The position numbers and the translations under genes are program-made. Below the pieces are notes generated by a model. It was not told where the DNA came from and did not search any database. It saw only the letters and a program-made list of their open reading frames with translations. Source: a virus (Duplodnaviria > Caudoviricetes). Taken from it: 60,962 nt of DNA. Shown one piece after another: positions 1 through 8,821 of this stretch (position 1 is its first letter; the number at the start of each line of letters is the position of its first letter). The stretch spans positions 1-60,962 of IMG/VR virus record IMGVR_UViG_3300023184_000132; one strand, 5' to 3'.

Positions 1-1507
1 CAGCACCACTATTATTGTGGAGGACTCAAAAGCAGGATGGGCAAAGTCCTACAAGGAATTGGTGTCGCTCCTAATCGGTGGACAAATTCCTAAGTGGGAC
101 TTAACCAAACTTCGTCCTGCGGGCGCAAGATTGAAAACATTTGGTGGGCGTGCAAGTGGGCCAGGGCCTTTGGATGAATTGTTTCGTTTCACATCAGAAA
201 GTTTTAAGCGTGCAGCAGGACGCAAACTTACATCTATTGAATGCCATGATATTGTGTGTAAGATTGCGGAAGTGGTTGTGGTAGGCGGTGTTCGCCGTTC
301 CGCACTTATTTCACTGTCCAATCTGGCAGACGAAAAGATGCGTGATGCAAAAACAGGCGCATGGTGGAACGAGAATCCTCAACGAGCCCTCGCAAACAAC
401 TCTATTGCATACAAATCAAAACCTGATATCGGAATCTTTATGGAAGAGTGGATAAGTCTTTACAAGTCCAAGAGTGGTGAACGCGGCATTTTCAATCGTG
501 AAGCAGCCAGAAAAACTGTGGAGAAATTGGGTGATCGTCGTGATCCGAACCATGAGTGGGGCTGCAATCCTTGCAGTGAAATTTTACTGCGTGATCGTGA
601 GTTCTGCAACTTGTCCGAGGTTGTGGTTCGTGCTGATGATACAGAAGAATCACTTAAGCGCAAGATTCGTATTGCCACAATCTTAGGAACATTTCAGTCG
701 TCACTTACACACTTTCCGTATCTGTCCAGTGAGTGGAAACGGAACTGTGAAGAGGAAGCCTTGCTTGGAGTTTCTCTTACAGGTATCTTGGACAATCCGA
801 TGATGAGTGAAGTGTGTGAGGAAACAGAAACCCTTCTAGCACGATTGCGCGAGAGTGCAGTTGCGGTGAATCGAGATTTTGCACGGCGTTTAGGAATCAA
901 TCCTGCTGCTGCTATTACTTGTGTGAAACCGAGTGGCACAATTTCACAATTAGTGGACTCGGCAAGTGGTATTCATGCGCGTCATTCTGAATATTATATT
1001 CGCACAGTTCGTGCGGATCGCAAAGATCCCCTGTGTCAACTAATGATTGACAAAGGATTTCCGCACGAGCCTGATGTTACCAAGCCTGACTCGGTAGAGG
1101 TGTTTTCGTTTCCTATGCAAGCGGTTGGATCGGTTACACGCCGAGACATGACTGCATTGCAACACCTAGAGTTGTGGTTGCAGTATCAACGCCATTGGTC
1201 GGAACACAAACCGTCAATCACTGTAAGCATACGAGACCATGAGTGGTTGGAAGTAGGCGCATGGGTCTACAAAAACTTTGATGAGATTTCAGGAATTAGT
1301 TTTTTGCCGTATTCAGACCATACCTATCGCCAGGCACCGTATACCGAATGCTCTAAAGAAGAGTATGAAGCACTACAGGTTCGCATTCCTAAGGGCGTGG
1401 ATTGGAGTGACCTAAAGAACTACGAGAAAACTGATCAAACTACAGGCACACAAGAACTCGCATGTTCAGCAGGTTCGTGTGAACTTGTGGATTTGGTTAA
1501 GAGTTAA
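1..1507 (+). CDS. nrdJ: Class II (adenosylcobalamin-dependent) ribonucleotide reductase, monomeric RTPR type; 5' truncated by the window edge
   Basis: Motifs LRPAGARLKTFGGRASGP, VVVGGVRRSALI, active-site NPCSEI, TCVKPSGT and C-terminal redox pair CSAGSC. The frame is open back to base 2. Confidence 0.93.
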   Translation, partial: STTIIVEDSKAGWAKSYKELVSLLIGGQIPKWDLTKLRPAGARLKTFGGRASGPGPLDELFRFTSESFKRAAGRKLTSIECHDIVCKIAEVVVVGGVRRSALISLSNLADEKMRDAKTGAWWNENPQRALANNSIAYKSKPDIGIFMEEWISLYKSKSGERGIFNREAARKTVEKLGDRRDPNHEWGCNPCSEILLRDREFCNLSEVVVRADDTEESLKRKIRIATILGTFQSSLTHFPYLSSEWKRNCEEEALLGVSLTGILDNPMMSEVCEETETLLARLRESAVAVNRDFARRLGINPAAAITCVKPSGTISQLVDSASGIHARHSEYYIRTVRADRKDPLCQLMIDKGFPHEPDVTKPDSVEVFSFPMQAVGSVTRRDMTALQHLELWLQYQRHWSEHKPSITVSIRDHEWLEVGAWVYKNFDEISGISFLPYSDHTYRQAPYTECSKEEYEALQVRIPKGVDWSDLKNYEKTDQTTGTQELACSAGSCELVDLVKS

Positions 1508-1511
1508 GCAC

Positions 1512-1518
1512 CTAAATA
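1512..1518 (+). promoter_or_regulatory. T4-type late promoter variant (CTAAATA)
   Basis: CTAAATA lies in the 15-bp gap before the RuvC-like gene. The same heptamer recurs before several other genes in the window. Confidence 0.55.
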
Positions 1519-1522
1519 AGGT

Positions 1523-2050
1523 GTGAAGACAGTCGGTATAGATTATTCCCTATGCTCTCCGTGCGTTGCCGTAACCCACGATGGTGTCCATTACGAGGCA
1601 CACTACTTAACCGATACCAAAAAGTTCTTAGGCAATTGGAAATACGGCAATATCTCTGTTACAGGCTGGCAATACCCTGAATGGCACACACCAGAACAAC
1701 GCCATCACCTGCTGTCAGAATGGTCTGTGGCTCTCTGTAGTGACGCTGGCCGTGTAGTTATAGAGGATTACGCTATGGGTGCGAAAGGCAGAGTTTTCCA
1801 TATAGGAGAGAATTGCGGTCTCCTAAAATGGAAACTGTGGAATTTAAAAATTGGGTTCACAGTTGTGCCTCCTACAGTTTTAAAAAAGTTTGCCACAGGT
1901 AAAGGCAATTCTGATAAAGAAATGATGCACGAGGCGTTTGTCAAGCAGTTAGGTGTGGACTTGCGGAATGCTATGACGCCTGCAAACACAAGGGTAGGCA
2001 ATCCTGTATCCGATATTGTGGACTCAATCTTCTTGTGTCGTTACAGTTAA
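1523..2050 (+). CDS. RuvC-like Holliday junction resolvase
   Basis: RNase H-fold acidic motifs VGIDYS, VVIEDY, PTVLKKFATGKGNSDK and DIVDS. Confidence 0.85.
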   Translation: MKTVGIDYSLCSPCVAVTHDGVHYEAHYLTDTKKFLGNWKYGNISVTGWQYPEWHTPEQRHHLLSEWSVALCSDAGRVVIEDYAMGAKGRVFHIGENCGLLKWKLWNLKIGFTVVPPTVLKKFATGKGNSDKEMMHEAFVKQLGVDLRNAMTPANTRVGNPVSDIVDSIFLCRYS

Positions 2051-2424
2051 CCTGTTGTGCCTATATCTATTTTTGTAATTTCTGGATACACGGTAATCAT
2101 TCCTTGACGCAACCGTTTAACAGTATACGGTTCAGGGCCAGAACTTAATCCGTGCAATTCCACATCGTAAAAATACACTCCTGGCTTTACCACAGAAGTT
2201 CCTGTTGCTCCTAATGCCACTTTAATGTTTCCAGTTGCACCTGTTATTGAAGCACCCAATCCAATAGCAGTGGATGACGAATAAAATTTACGCATTTGTG
2301 AAAACACAGCGTACCCTTTAGATCCTGAGGTAATTCCTTTAGTAGTTCCATCATCGTTGGTTGCTGTTAAAGAAAAGGAAAAGGTTGCCCCTTGATCCAT
2401 GTCGTAATTGATTGATACTGCCAT
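2047..2424 (-). CDS. Small virion structural protein (beta-sandwich, BppU-N-like)
   Basis: DQGATF...SQMRK.Y.S...GVYFYDVE...R...G.ITVYPEIT pattern typical of small T4-like tail-associated proteins. Last gene of the fibre operon. Confidence 0.65.
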   Translation of the reverse strand: MAVSINYDMDQGATFSFSLTATNDDGTTKGITSGSKGYAVFSQMRKFYSSSTAIGLGASITGATGNIKVALGATGTSVVKPGVYFYDVELHGLSSGPEPYTVKRLRQGMITVYPEITKIDIGTTG

Positions 2425-2949
2425 TTATGCTGTCCTTTGTGCTAAGTAATATTTGCAAGAAACTACAGATCCATTAAAATTACCACAAACGCCTCTGCTT
2501 CTCCACACACCTGGAAGTTTAGCATAGAACTCACTTTGTATTTCGTTGCCGTCTGCCCAATGAAATGCTTGTTGTGTATTAGCATCTTTACCACTACGAA
2601 TATACACATTATTTAGGATAGTGTTCACTCTTGGTCCTTTTTCCGTAAAAAGAGAATTACCCTCTTCTGCTGAACAGACAACCGACACAGAAATAATAGA
2701 GCCGACAGGGTAGTCAGAATCGTGTACAGTGCAAGTATCTGATGCTAGGCAAGGAGTTTGCAATGCAGAATCTCCTGCCTCTATACTTTGTTTGGTTTGA
2801 TTCGTTTGAGTTGTAATGATTTGTAGTATTTCAGATTTCCAATCCACTAAAATTTTCTCTGTTGCCGTCAGAAGTTTATGCACTTCTCCCTCTGTGTGCT
2901 TTTTTGCCTCAAACAAATAGGAAATATACTCTGAAGTTCTGTCTATCAT
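2425..2949 (-). CDS. Hypothetical tail-fibre-associated protein
   Basis: ATG at 2949 overlaps the upstream TGA (ATGA coupling). Helical N-terminus; C-terminal YPVGS...LPGVWRSRG...YLAQRTA resembles fibre-tip domains. Confidence 0.55.
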   Translation of the reverse strand: MIDRTSEYISYLFEAKKHTEGEVHKLLTATEKILVDWKSEILQIITTQTNQTKQSIEAGDSALQTPCLASDTCTVHDSDYPVGSIISVSVVCSAEEGNSLFTEKGPRVNTILNNVYIRSGKDANTQQAFHWADGNEIQSEFYAKLPGVWRSRGVCGNFNGSVVSCKYYLAQRTA

Positions 2950-5900
2950 TTTAATAGTTCTTTCCAAGACTGTAATTCCATGTTGGTAGAAACAACTCTA
3001 TAGTACCAATTTACAGGAACAACACTTGTCAAGGTTACTGTTTCTGTGGAAGCCTCAGGAACAGACCATACGGATCTAGCATACGATTGTGTCACTGAGT
3101 TGCTAGAAATATATGCAACAGGATCAAAATCTTTACAGATGTCTGATAGACTAGAGCCTACTAAGAGTGCAGTTCCTGCATCGTTTCCTACAGAAAACCC
3201 ATTGCCACTTACAACTGCGTAATGTATTCCACCACTACCAGTGTGTAGTTTAGTTACACTAGAAGGAGTGAGCAGATTTGCAGGAACTCCTGTATAATTA
3301 TTTTCATCGCGTTCTCCTCCCCAAACCACAATAGATCCGTCCGATTTTAGTGCAATAGAAGATTCGTTGCTTGCAGCAACAGACACTATTCCAGAACCAG
3401 CACCAAGAGATACACCTAAAATTTGTGGTGGTGTGTTACCAGTTGCTATGGCAGGTGTTGCGTTTCTATCACCTGCACCATTGTATCCCAAACACTGTCC
3501 GCTTCGGTTTTGTCCCCAACAAACAACTGTTCCATCCGACTTGAGTGCAATAGTATGATACCCTCCAGCAGCAATGTCTATAACACCAGAAAGTGCTGCG
3601 GTTGGTACTGCGCCTTCTCCTAGTATGTTGCTTCCCCAAGAAACAACTGAACCGTCGTGTAATAATGCTACTGTGTGTGATTGACCTGCGGATATTTTAC
3701 GAACATTACCAAGAACATTACCACCAATTACCACGGGAGTAAGTCCGTCATAAGCTGCAGAAGTAATGGCAGATCCATTAAGTGCTGTTCCTCTACACTG
3801 GCCTTCAAAGTTTCTTCCCCAACACACAACAGTTCCATCAGTTTTTAGTGCACAAAAGTGTTGGCTACCAGCACTGATTGATGTAACATTAGATTGTGCT
3901 GCTACAGGAACAAGAACCAAAACACTCTCGATAGCGGTTGTGGGTATACCCCAAGCAACAACCGAACCGTTTCTTGCGTCACTAATTAATGCGGAAAGAA
4001 TGCTGTATGTTCCTGCCACACCAATAGCATTAGAAAGTGCTTCTGTTGGAACAGTTAATTGTTGACTATTGTTTTTTCCCCAAACTAAAACTTTTCCGTT
4101 TTTAATTGCCATAGTGTTCCAAGCTGATATTGCTACTTGAGAAATATTAGAAAGAGCTTCTGTGGGAACTATAGTCTGTCCAAAATTAAGTAATGTATCA
4201 GATAAAGGCACTCCCCAACTTGCCACTGCGTTGTTTACCACAAGAGCAGATTTACCCTTTAACGCAATACTTACAGGAAGGTCTAGTTCATTTGTATTAT
4301 GGTAAACACCAACAGATTGAGACGGCAACATTTCTGCAGTGCTACTTACTACTCTTTGAAGTAGTTTATTCTGCCACACACCATTTTGGTTTCTGTAATA
4401 CAAACTTAATGCAGCCGCAATTCTGGTTTGTAATAGTGTTAAATTTGGTTCAATAACAACAGAATACAACTGCAATACTGTTGCATCTGTGTATTTTTTT
4501 GCAAGGTCTATCCACAACAGATCTTCTGCATCAATAAAATCTTTTAGGTTTAGCAGTATATAATTGTCTGCGTTGTCCACATATATCTGAGATGCGGCTA
4601 CAGAACTTGTAGCAGGAACTTGGGACAGTATGATATACTGATTGTATACAGTTGCTCTAAAACCAGAAACCTGAGATAGAAAATTTAAATCTCTTGATCC
4701 AAGTGTTTCTATTGCGTTAACATGAAGATCTCCGTCTCCAGATTCTCCTGTATCTACACCTTGACATTCGTATACCTTGCATCCGCAAGCATCAATACTT
4801 ATTACTGTTGCAGTAAATCCAGAAGCACACTCAGGAGGAAGCGGACAGGGAGTAGGAGGTGTGGGTGTGCACGGCCCAATAATAAGATTGTGAAAAGAAC
4901 CTGCAGAAATAGCAGTAACACCAGTTTGTGCATAGGTGGGAGTCTGACAATTGTTTATATCTACAGTGCAACATCCAGTATCACAATGATCTCCCCAAGT
5001 AATAACTTTACCACCTTTTAGTGCCTGAGTGTGGTATCCATTAACAGATATTGCAGTAACCTCGGCAAAGGCTGTGCTTGGTACACTTGCGGCCGCACCC
5101 TGACCCCAACAAACAACTTGTCCGTTTTGTAGTGCACAACTGTGGAACGATCCTTTTGCAATAGCAGTAACACCAGAACCAAGATTTTTTACCCAATAGT
5201 CTCCTAATACACTAGACTTAATATTTTTTCTGTTACCATCGTCTGGTGATACCCAAACTGTTTCTTCTACTGTTCCTAATTGGTTTTGAATATTACTTCC
5301 CCAACCAATAACAGTTCCATCAGATTTTAAAGCAAGACAACCGTCTCCTTGAGCAGAAATTGCAATCACACCAAAAAGTGCTTCTGCTGGAACATTAAGT
5401 ACACCAGACCAAACATTATACAATTCATAATTTCCGTTACGCAGTACACGATTACCCCAAGCATACACCCTTCCGTTTTTAAGAGCAAGTGCATGACTAA
5501 ACGATATTGAAATTGCAGTGACACCACCAGTAGTCAGTTCTGTAGGAATTTCACTAATGCCTGTGCTGTATGGGTCGTCACCTGCTGCGCCCCAATAAAA
5601 AACTTTTCCTTGACTTAAAGCAAGACTACCCCAAGTTCCAGCTGCTATGTCTGAAACTATAGGAAGACCAAGAGGAACTGAGGATTGGTTTTGGGTGTCT
5701 CGACCCCAAGCAATAACTTTACCTGTATTTGTAAGAGCAAGACTGTGGTACGAGCCTGCCGAAATTTTAACAACACTAGAATCTACTGTTTTTGGTATGA
5801 CGCATTGGTTGTAGAAGTTCCATCCCCATGCGGATACAGAAACCGGCCCGTTGCAGGTTCTGTTGTTTCCTAATACTGATGGAATATTCGGACATTCACT

Positions 5901-6428
5901 GTCAGATCCGCCAATATAACCTCCACCACCTCCTGTACCACTAGAACTGAGCCACTGTGATATTCCTGCAGGATCTACTGGATCACTTCCATAGCAAAAA
6001 GTACACAATTCGCAACCTGGACATGCTCCGCATTGCGGCCCTAAGCAACTTTGTATTGAACTTCCATCAGGCTGTCCGTTTGCGTCTACTCCAAAAGGAA
6101 CAGTGCACGGACACCCACCGCCACCACCAGTAGTAGGATTACCAGTACAAACAGGACAAGTCTGACACCCTGTGGTGTAATCCGCACATGCTGCTTCATC
6201 GCAGGCTACGCAAACATCAAGACCTTTGGTGTTGTTTGTATTGGGAGTAAGTCTGCTAAACAGGTACTTGGATTGTACACTTCTTTTTAGTATATTTTTA
6301 TAGTCTGCACAAATTTCAGAATCTCCACCTAAATCCTGTGCACAATAAACACAAAGCCAACACTGTGTGCATTCTGTTGCTGTGCAGTCAAAACAGGTTT
6401 CGCAGACATCTGTATTGGTAAACGCCAT
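2946..6428 (-). CDS. RCC1/BLIP-II repeat (double beta-propeller) protein with Cys-rich segments; putative adhesin
   Basis: Many ISAG.YH.LAL..G.V..WG.N..GQ repeats in two clusters (~4880-5840 and ~3210-4270); N-terminal CxxC-rich region. Confidence 0.85.
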   Translation of the reverse strand: MAFTNTDVCETCFDCTATECTQCWLCVYCAQDLGGDSEICADYKNILKRSVQSKYLFSRLTPNTNNTKGLDVCVACDEAACADYTTGCQTCPVCTGNPTTGGGGGCPCTVPFGVDANGQPDGSSIQSCLGPQCGACPGCELCTFCYGSDPVDPAGISQWLSSSGTGGGGGYIGGSDSECPNIPSVLGNNRTCNGPVSVSAWGWNFYNQCVIPKTVDSSVVKISAGSYHSLALTNTGKVIAWGRDTQNQSSVPLGLPIVSDIAAGTWGSLALSQGKVFYWGAAGDDPYSTGISEIPTELTTGGVTAISISFSHALALKNGRVYAWGNRVLRNGNYELYNVWSGVLNVPAEALFGVIAISAQGDGCLALKSDGTVIGWGSNIQNQLGTVEETVWVSPDDGNRKNIKSSVLGDYWVKNLGSGVTAIAKGSFHSCALQNGQVVCWGQGAAASVPSTAFAEVTAISVNGYHTQALKGGKVITWGDHCDTGCCTVDINNCQTPTYAQTGVTAISAGSFHNLIIGPCTPTPPTPCPLPPECASGFTATVISIDACGCKVYECQGVDTGESGDGDLHVNAIETLGSRDLNFLSQVSGFRATVYNQYIILSQVPATSSVAASQIYVDNADNYILLNLKDFIDAEDLLWIDLAKKYTDATVLQLYSVVIEPNLTLLQTRIAAALSLYYRNQNGVWQNKLLQRVVSSTAEMLPSQSVGVYHNTNELDLPVSIALKGKSALVVNNAVASWGVPLSDTLLNFGQTIVPTEALSNISQVAISAWNTMAIKNGKVLVWGKNNSQQLTVPTEALSNAIGVAGTYSILSALISDARNGSVVAWGIPTTAIESVLVLVPVAAQSNVTSISAGSQHFCALKTDGTVVCWGRNFEGQCRGTALNGSAITSAAYDGLTPVVIGGNVLGNVRKISAGQSHTVALLHDGSVVSWGSNILGEGAVPTAALSGVIDIAAGGYHTIALKSDGTVVCWGQNRSGQCLGYNGAGDRNATPAIATGNTPPQILGVSLGAGSGIVSVAASNESSIALKSDGSIVVWGGERDENNYTGVPANLLTPSSVTKLHTGSGGIHYAVVSGNGFSVGNDAGTALLVGSSLSDICKDFDPVAYISSNSVTQSYARSVWSVPEASTETVTLTSVVPVNWYYRVVSTNMELQSWKELLK

Positions 6429-6429
6429 G

Positions 6430-7275
6430 TTATGTTACTTTACACTCTTGCCACGACAAAATAGTTTGTGGATTGCTAGAAGGAGTTATCAATCTATACC
6501 AATAACCAGAAGGAATTGATGCGTAAATATTGTAGGACGCAGAACCTGTTTGTTTCACCAAATTTAGTACGGAAGCCTGAGTGCCTGCGTCTGTAGAGGT
6601 GTTTGTTATTGGATCGTAATCCATTTGAATTAGGCTTAAATCTTTTCCTGTCAAAAGAGCAGCGTAATTGCTTGCGGAAGATCCTTGAAGGTTTACGCTT
6701 AATTGTAGTTCCGAAGCTCCTGAATTGTATCTAATACCAAATATGCTCCACAAAATATCCATCCGCATTTGTGGATCGTTTCCCATCGCCACCACGGTTG
6801 CGTCTATAGTCGCGTCTGTTATCTCTAACTCATGGGTGTTGGCGTTATCCAAAACTATTTCATCGTAATAATTAACGATAGCAGGAGGCGAGGAAGCAAT
6901 AGGTTTCAGGTAAATCCAGTCTCTAGACCAACCCGCATTTATCGTGTTTATAGTATCGTTTATAGTGGCAATAATTGTTGAGAAATTATTAGTTATAATT
7001 GTGTTTTCGCTGTTTGTGTACAGTTTTGCAATTTGTAGTGCTGCAGCATCTGCTGTCTGTGCGTAGGTCTTCAGGTAATTAGTGACTGCATTGTCTTGCA
7101 GATCTACATAAATTTTTGAAACTCCATTTGTGGTAGAATCTCCTAATCCTAATTGCGCTAGAGTAACAAAATGATTTGGTTCTGTGCCAGGAACTCCTGT
7201 TACTTGAGCAGCAATACTCACAGTTCCTAATCCTGGAGTTGCGGGCTTAATACTGTTTACTTGTAGTTCTGACAT
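6430..7275 (-). CDS. Tail-fibre cassette protein (MSELxV family, copy 3)
   Basis: N-terminus MSELQVNSI, then P.EPNHFVTLAQL / KIYVD fibre motifs and a coiled coil. Confidence 0.65.
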   Translation of the reverse strand: MSELQVNSIKPATPGLGTVSIAAQVTGVPGTEPNHFVTLAQLGLGDSTTNGVSKIYVDLQDNAVTNYLKTYAQTADAAALQIAKLYTNSENTIITNNFSTIIATINDTINTINAGWSRDWIYLKPIASSPPAIVNYYDEIVLDNANTHELEITDATIDATVVAMGNDPQMRMDILWSIFGIRYNSGASELQLSVNLQGSSASNYAALLTGKDLSLIQMDYDPITNTSTDAGTQASVLNLVKQTGSASYNIYASIPSGYWYRLITPSSNPQTILSWQECKVT

Positions 7276-7276
7276 A

Positions 7277-8047
7277 TTATCCTCCTACAGGCAACCAAAA
7301 CATATTAATGTGTGAGGATCCTGTGCGAACTATCCTATAATAGTATCCTTTTGGAATTGGACAAAGTATGCTTTGTTGCCCGCCACCATCGTCATCTGAA
7401 GAGTGGTGCTGTCGTAAAGTTGTAGGTGGATTAGACCTATCCGCATATATCCAACAATGTGGCCACTGACCATAATCCCAGTTTGCCATAACAAAACCGT
7501 CGGTTGCTGCCTGAAAGATTCCGTCTCCAATAGCCACATAGTCTCCAAAGCCAGTTATTGGTACAGGAATACCAGCAATTTTTCCGTCTACATATGCTTT
7601 GTTTGCTAGTTGTGAGGATACCGTACATTGTGCTGCACACACAGGAACAGGAGAAAAGGTTGCAACTCCGTCAAATTGTGAAGTTCCTGTAAAAGCAGAT
7701 TTATACTTATGAGTAATCAATCCTGTGGAATCAATGGTAAATCTTTCTATACCATTAGTTCCTATCACCAAAGACTTGTCGTCTTTTGCAGATATTGCTG
7801 CTCGTTCTGTTTCTGTGTAACTTGTAAATTTAATAATGGAATCTCCTGTACTAGGAGACTGCGGCCCTTTTACTTTTACACCGTAACTTTCTGCAGAAAC
7901 AGTTACAATTTCAATAGAACCTTCGGCACGAATAGTTCCGTCAACAGTTAGTTTGTTTGTGCCGACTATTGAAGGCAAACCAACCTGACCGTTAATCTTT
8001 ACTGTTCCGCCTAAACCAGAAATTTCATTTACTTTTAGTTCTGACAT
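7277..8047 (-). CDS. Tail-fibre cassette protein (MSELxV family, copy 2)
   Basis: MSELKVNEI N-terminus, TNGIERFTIDSTG fibre repeat, LANKAYVD motif, FQAATDGFV tip domain. Confidence 0.7.
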   Translation of the reverse strand: MSELKVNEISGLGGTVKINGQVGLPSIVGTNKLTVDGTIRAEGSIEIVTVSAESYGVKVKGPQSPSTGDSIIKFTSYTETERAAISAKDDKSLVIGTNGIERFTIDSTGLITHKYKSAFTGTSQFDGVATFSPVPVCAAQCTVSSQLANKAYVDGKIAGIPVPITGFGDYVAIGDGIFQAATDGFVMANWDYGQWPHCWIYADRSNPPTTLRQHHSSDDDGGGQQSILCPIPKGYYYRIVRTGSSHINMFWLPVGG

Positions 8048-8821
8048 TTTTTATCCTTTAAGATACTTTCATAATATAGTATAGTGCGTAATATGGTGGT
8101 CGGTTTTCGTGTGGCTGATCTCCACTACCTATGGTGGGCATAGGATTACCACTACTATCAACTGCGGTTCCTGTAGTTGCAACCATAGAACCAGAGTCTT
8201 GATATTCACCCCCTCCTGCATGTTTTTCTTGTAATTCTCCACCATTTTGCACCGATATAATTGTTGCTCCTGCTGTACTTGTAGCAGAACTCATATAAGG
8301 CGTTGGGGTTGTAGTGCCTGTGTAAACTGAACAAAATGCTCCATATTTGTGTTTATGATTTGTTAAATTTGTTATTGATGTTGGAACTTGTGATGCGGTT
8401 AGAGTTACTGTATTTGAACCACCTTTGTCACCGACGGTATACGACAATCCTGCACCAACAACGAATTTGTCCGTAAGATTTGGTGTGCCATTTTGACCAT
8501 TACAGATAGCCCATCCTGCAGGAACTAATGCCGCAGTTCCGCTCCACATAATAATTCCACCAACAGGGAATCCCAATCCCCATGCAGGAGGACTTCCTGC
8601 GCCTTGAGAGACTAACAATTGTCCTGCAGTTCCTGCGGATTTGGAAATTGAAGTTCCAACATACAAAGGGCCCATTATTGCAACAGTTCCTTGAGTAGTT
8701 ATTTCAAATTTGGAAACTTGTAACGAATCTGTAACTAAAAATCCAGGAGAAACAGTTACTTTGTTTCCAAATGCAGGCTTAATTGTTTCTACTTTTAGTT
8801 CTGACATTGTTTATCCTTTAA
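8030..8821 (-). repeat. 32-bp near-identical direct repeat spanning stop codon, RBS and first codons of consecutive fibre genes (8030-8061 and 8790-8821; partial third copy 7258-7275)
   Basis: Minus strand TTAAAGGATAAA(A/C)AATGTCAGAACTAAAAGTA, one mismatch between the two copies. Confidence 0.9.
8058..8807 (-). CDS. Tail-collar-domain fibre protein (MSELxV family, copy 1)
   Basis: FPVGGIIMWSG...PAGWAICNGQNGTPNLTDKFVVGAG and HENRPPYYALYYIMK, the signature of the phage tail collar domain. Confidence 0.85.
   Translation of the reverse strand: MSELKVETIKPAFGNKVTVSPGFLVTDSLQVSKFEITTQGTVAIMGPLYVGTSISKSAGTAGQLLVSQGAGSPPAWGLGFPVGGIIMWSGTAALVPAGWAICNGQNGTPNLTDKFVVGAGLSYTVGDKGGSNTVTLTASQVPTSITNLTNHKHKYGAFCSVYTGTTTPTPYMSSATSTAGATIISVQNGGELQEKHAGGGEYQDSGSMVATTGTAVDSSGNPMPTIGSGDQPHENRPPYYALYYIMKVS

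Noticed and set aside
1-1507. Intein or intron in nrdJ
   Set aside because: Conserved motifs are contiguous at normal spacing in the visible part; there are no splicing or homing endonuclease motifs.
7258-8821. CRISPR array or invertase shufflon from the 32-bp repeats
   Set aside because: The repeats are 760 bp apart, direct, and coincide with gene starts. No cas or site-specific recombinase gene is visible.
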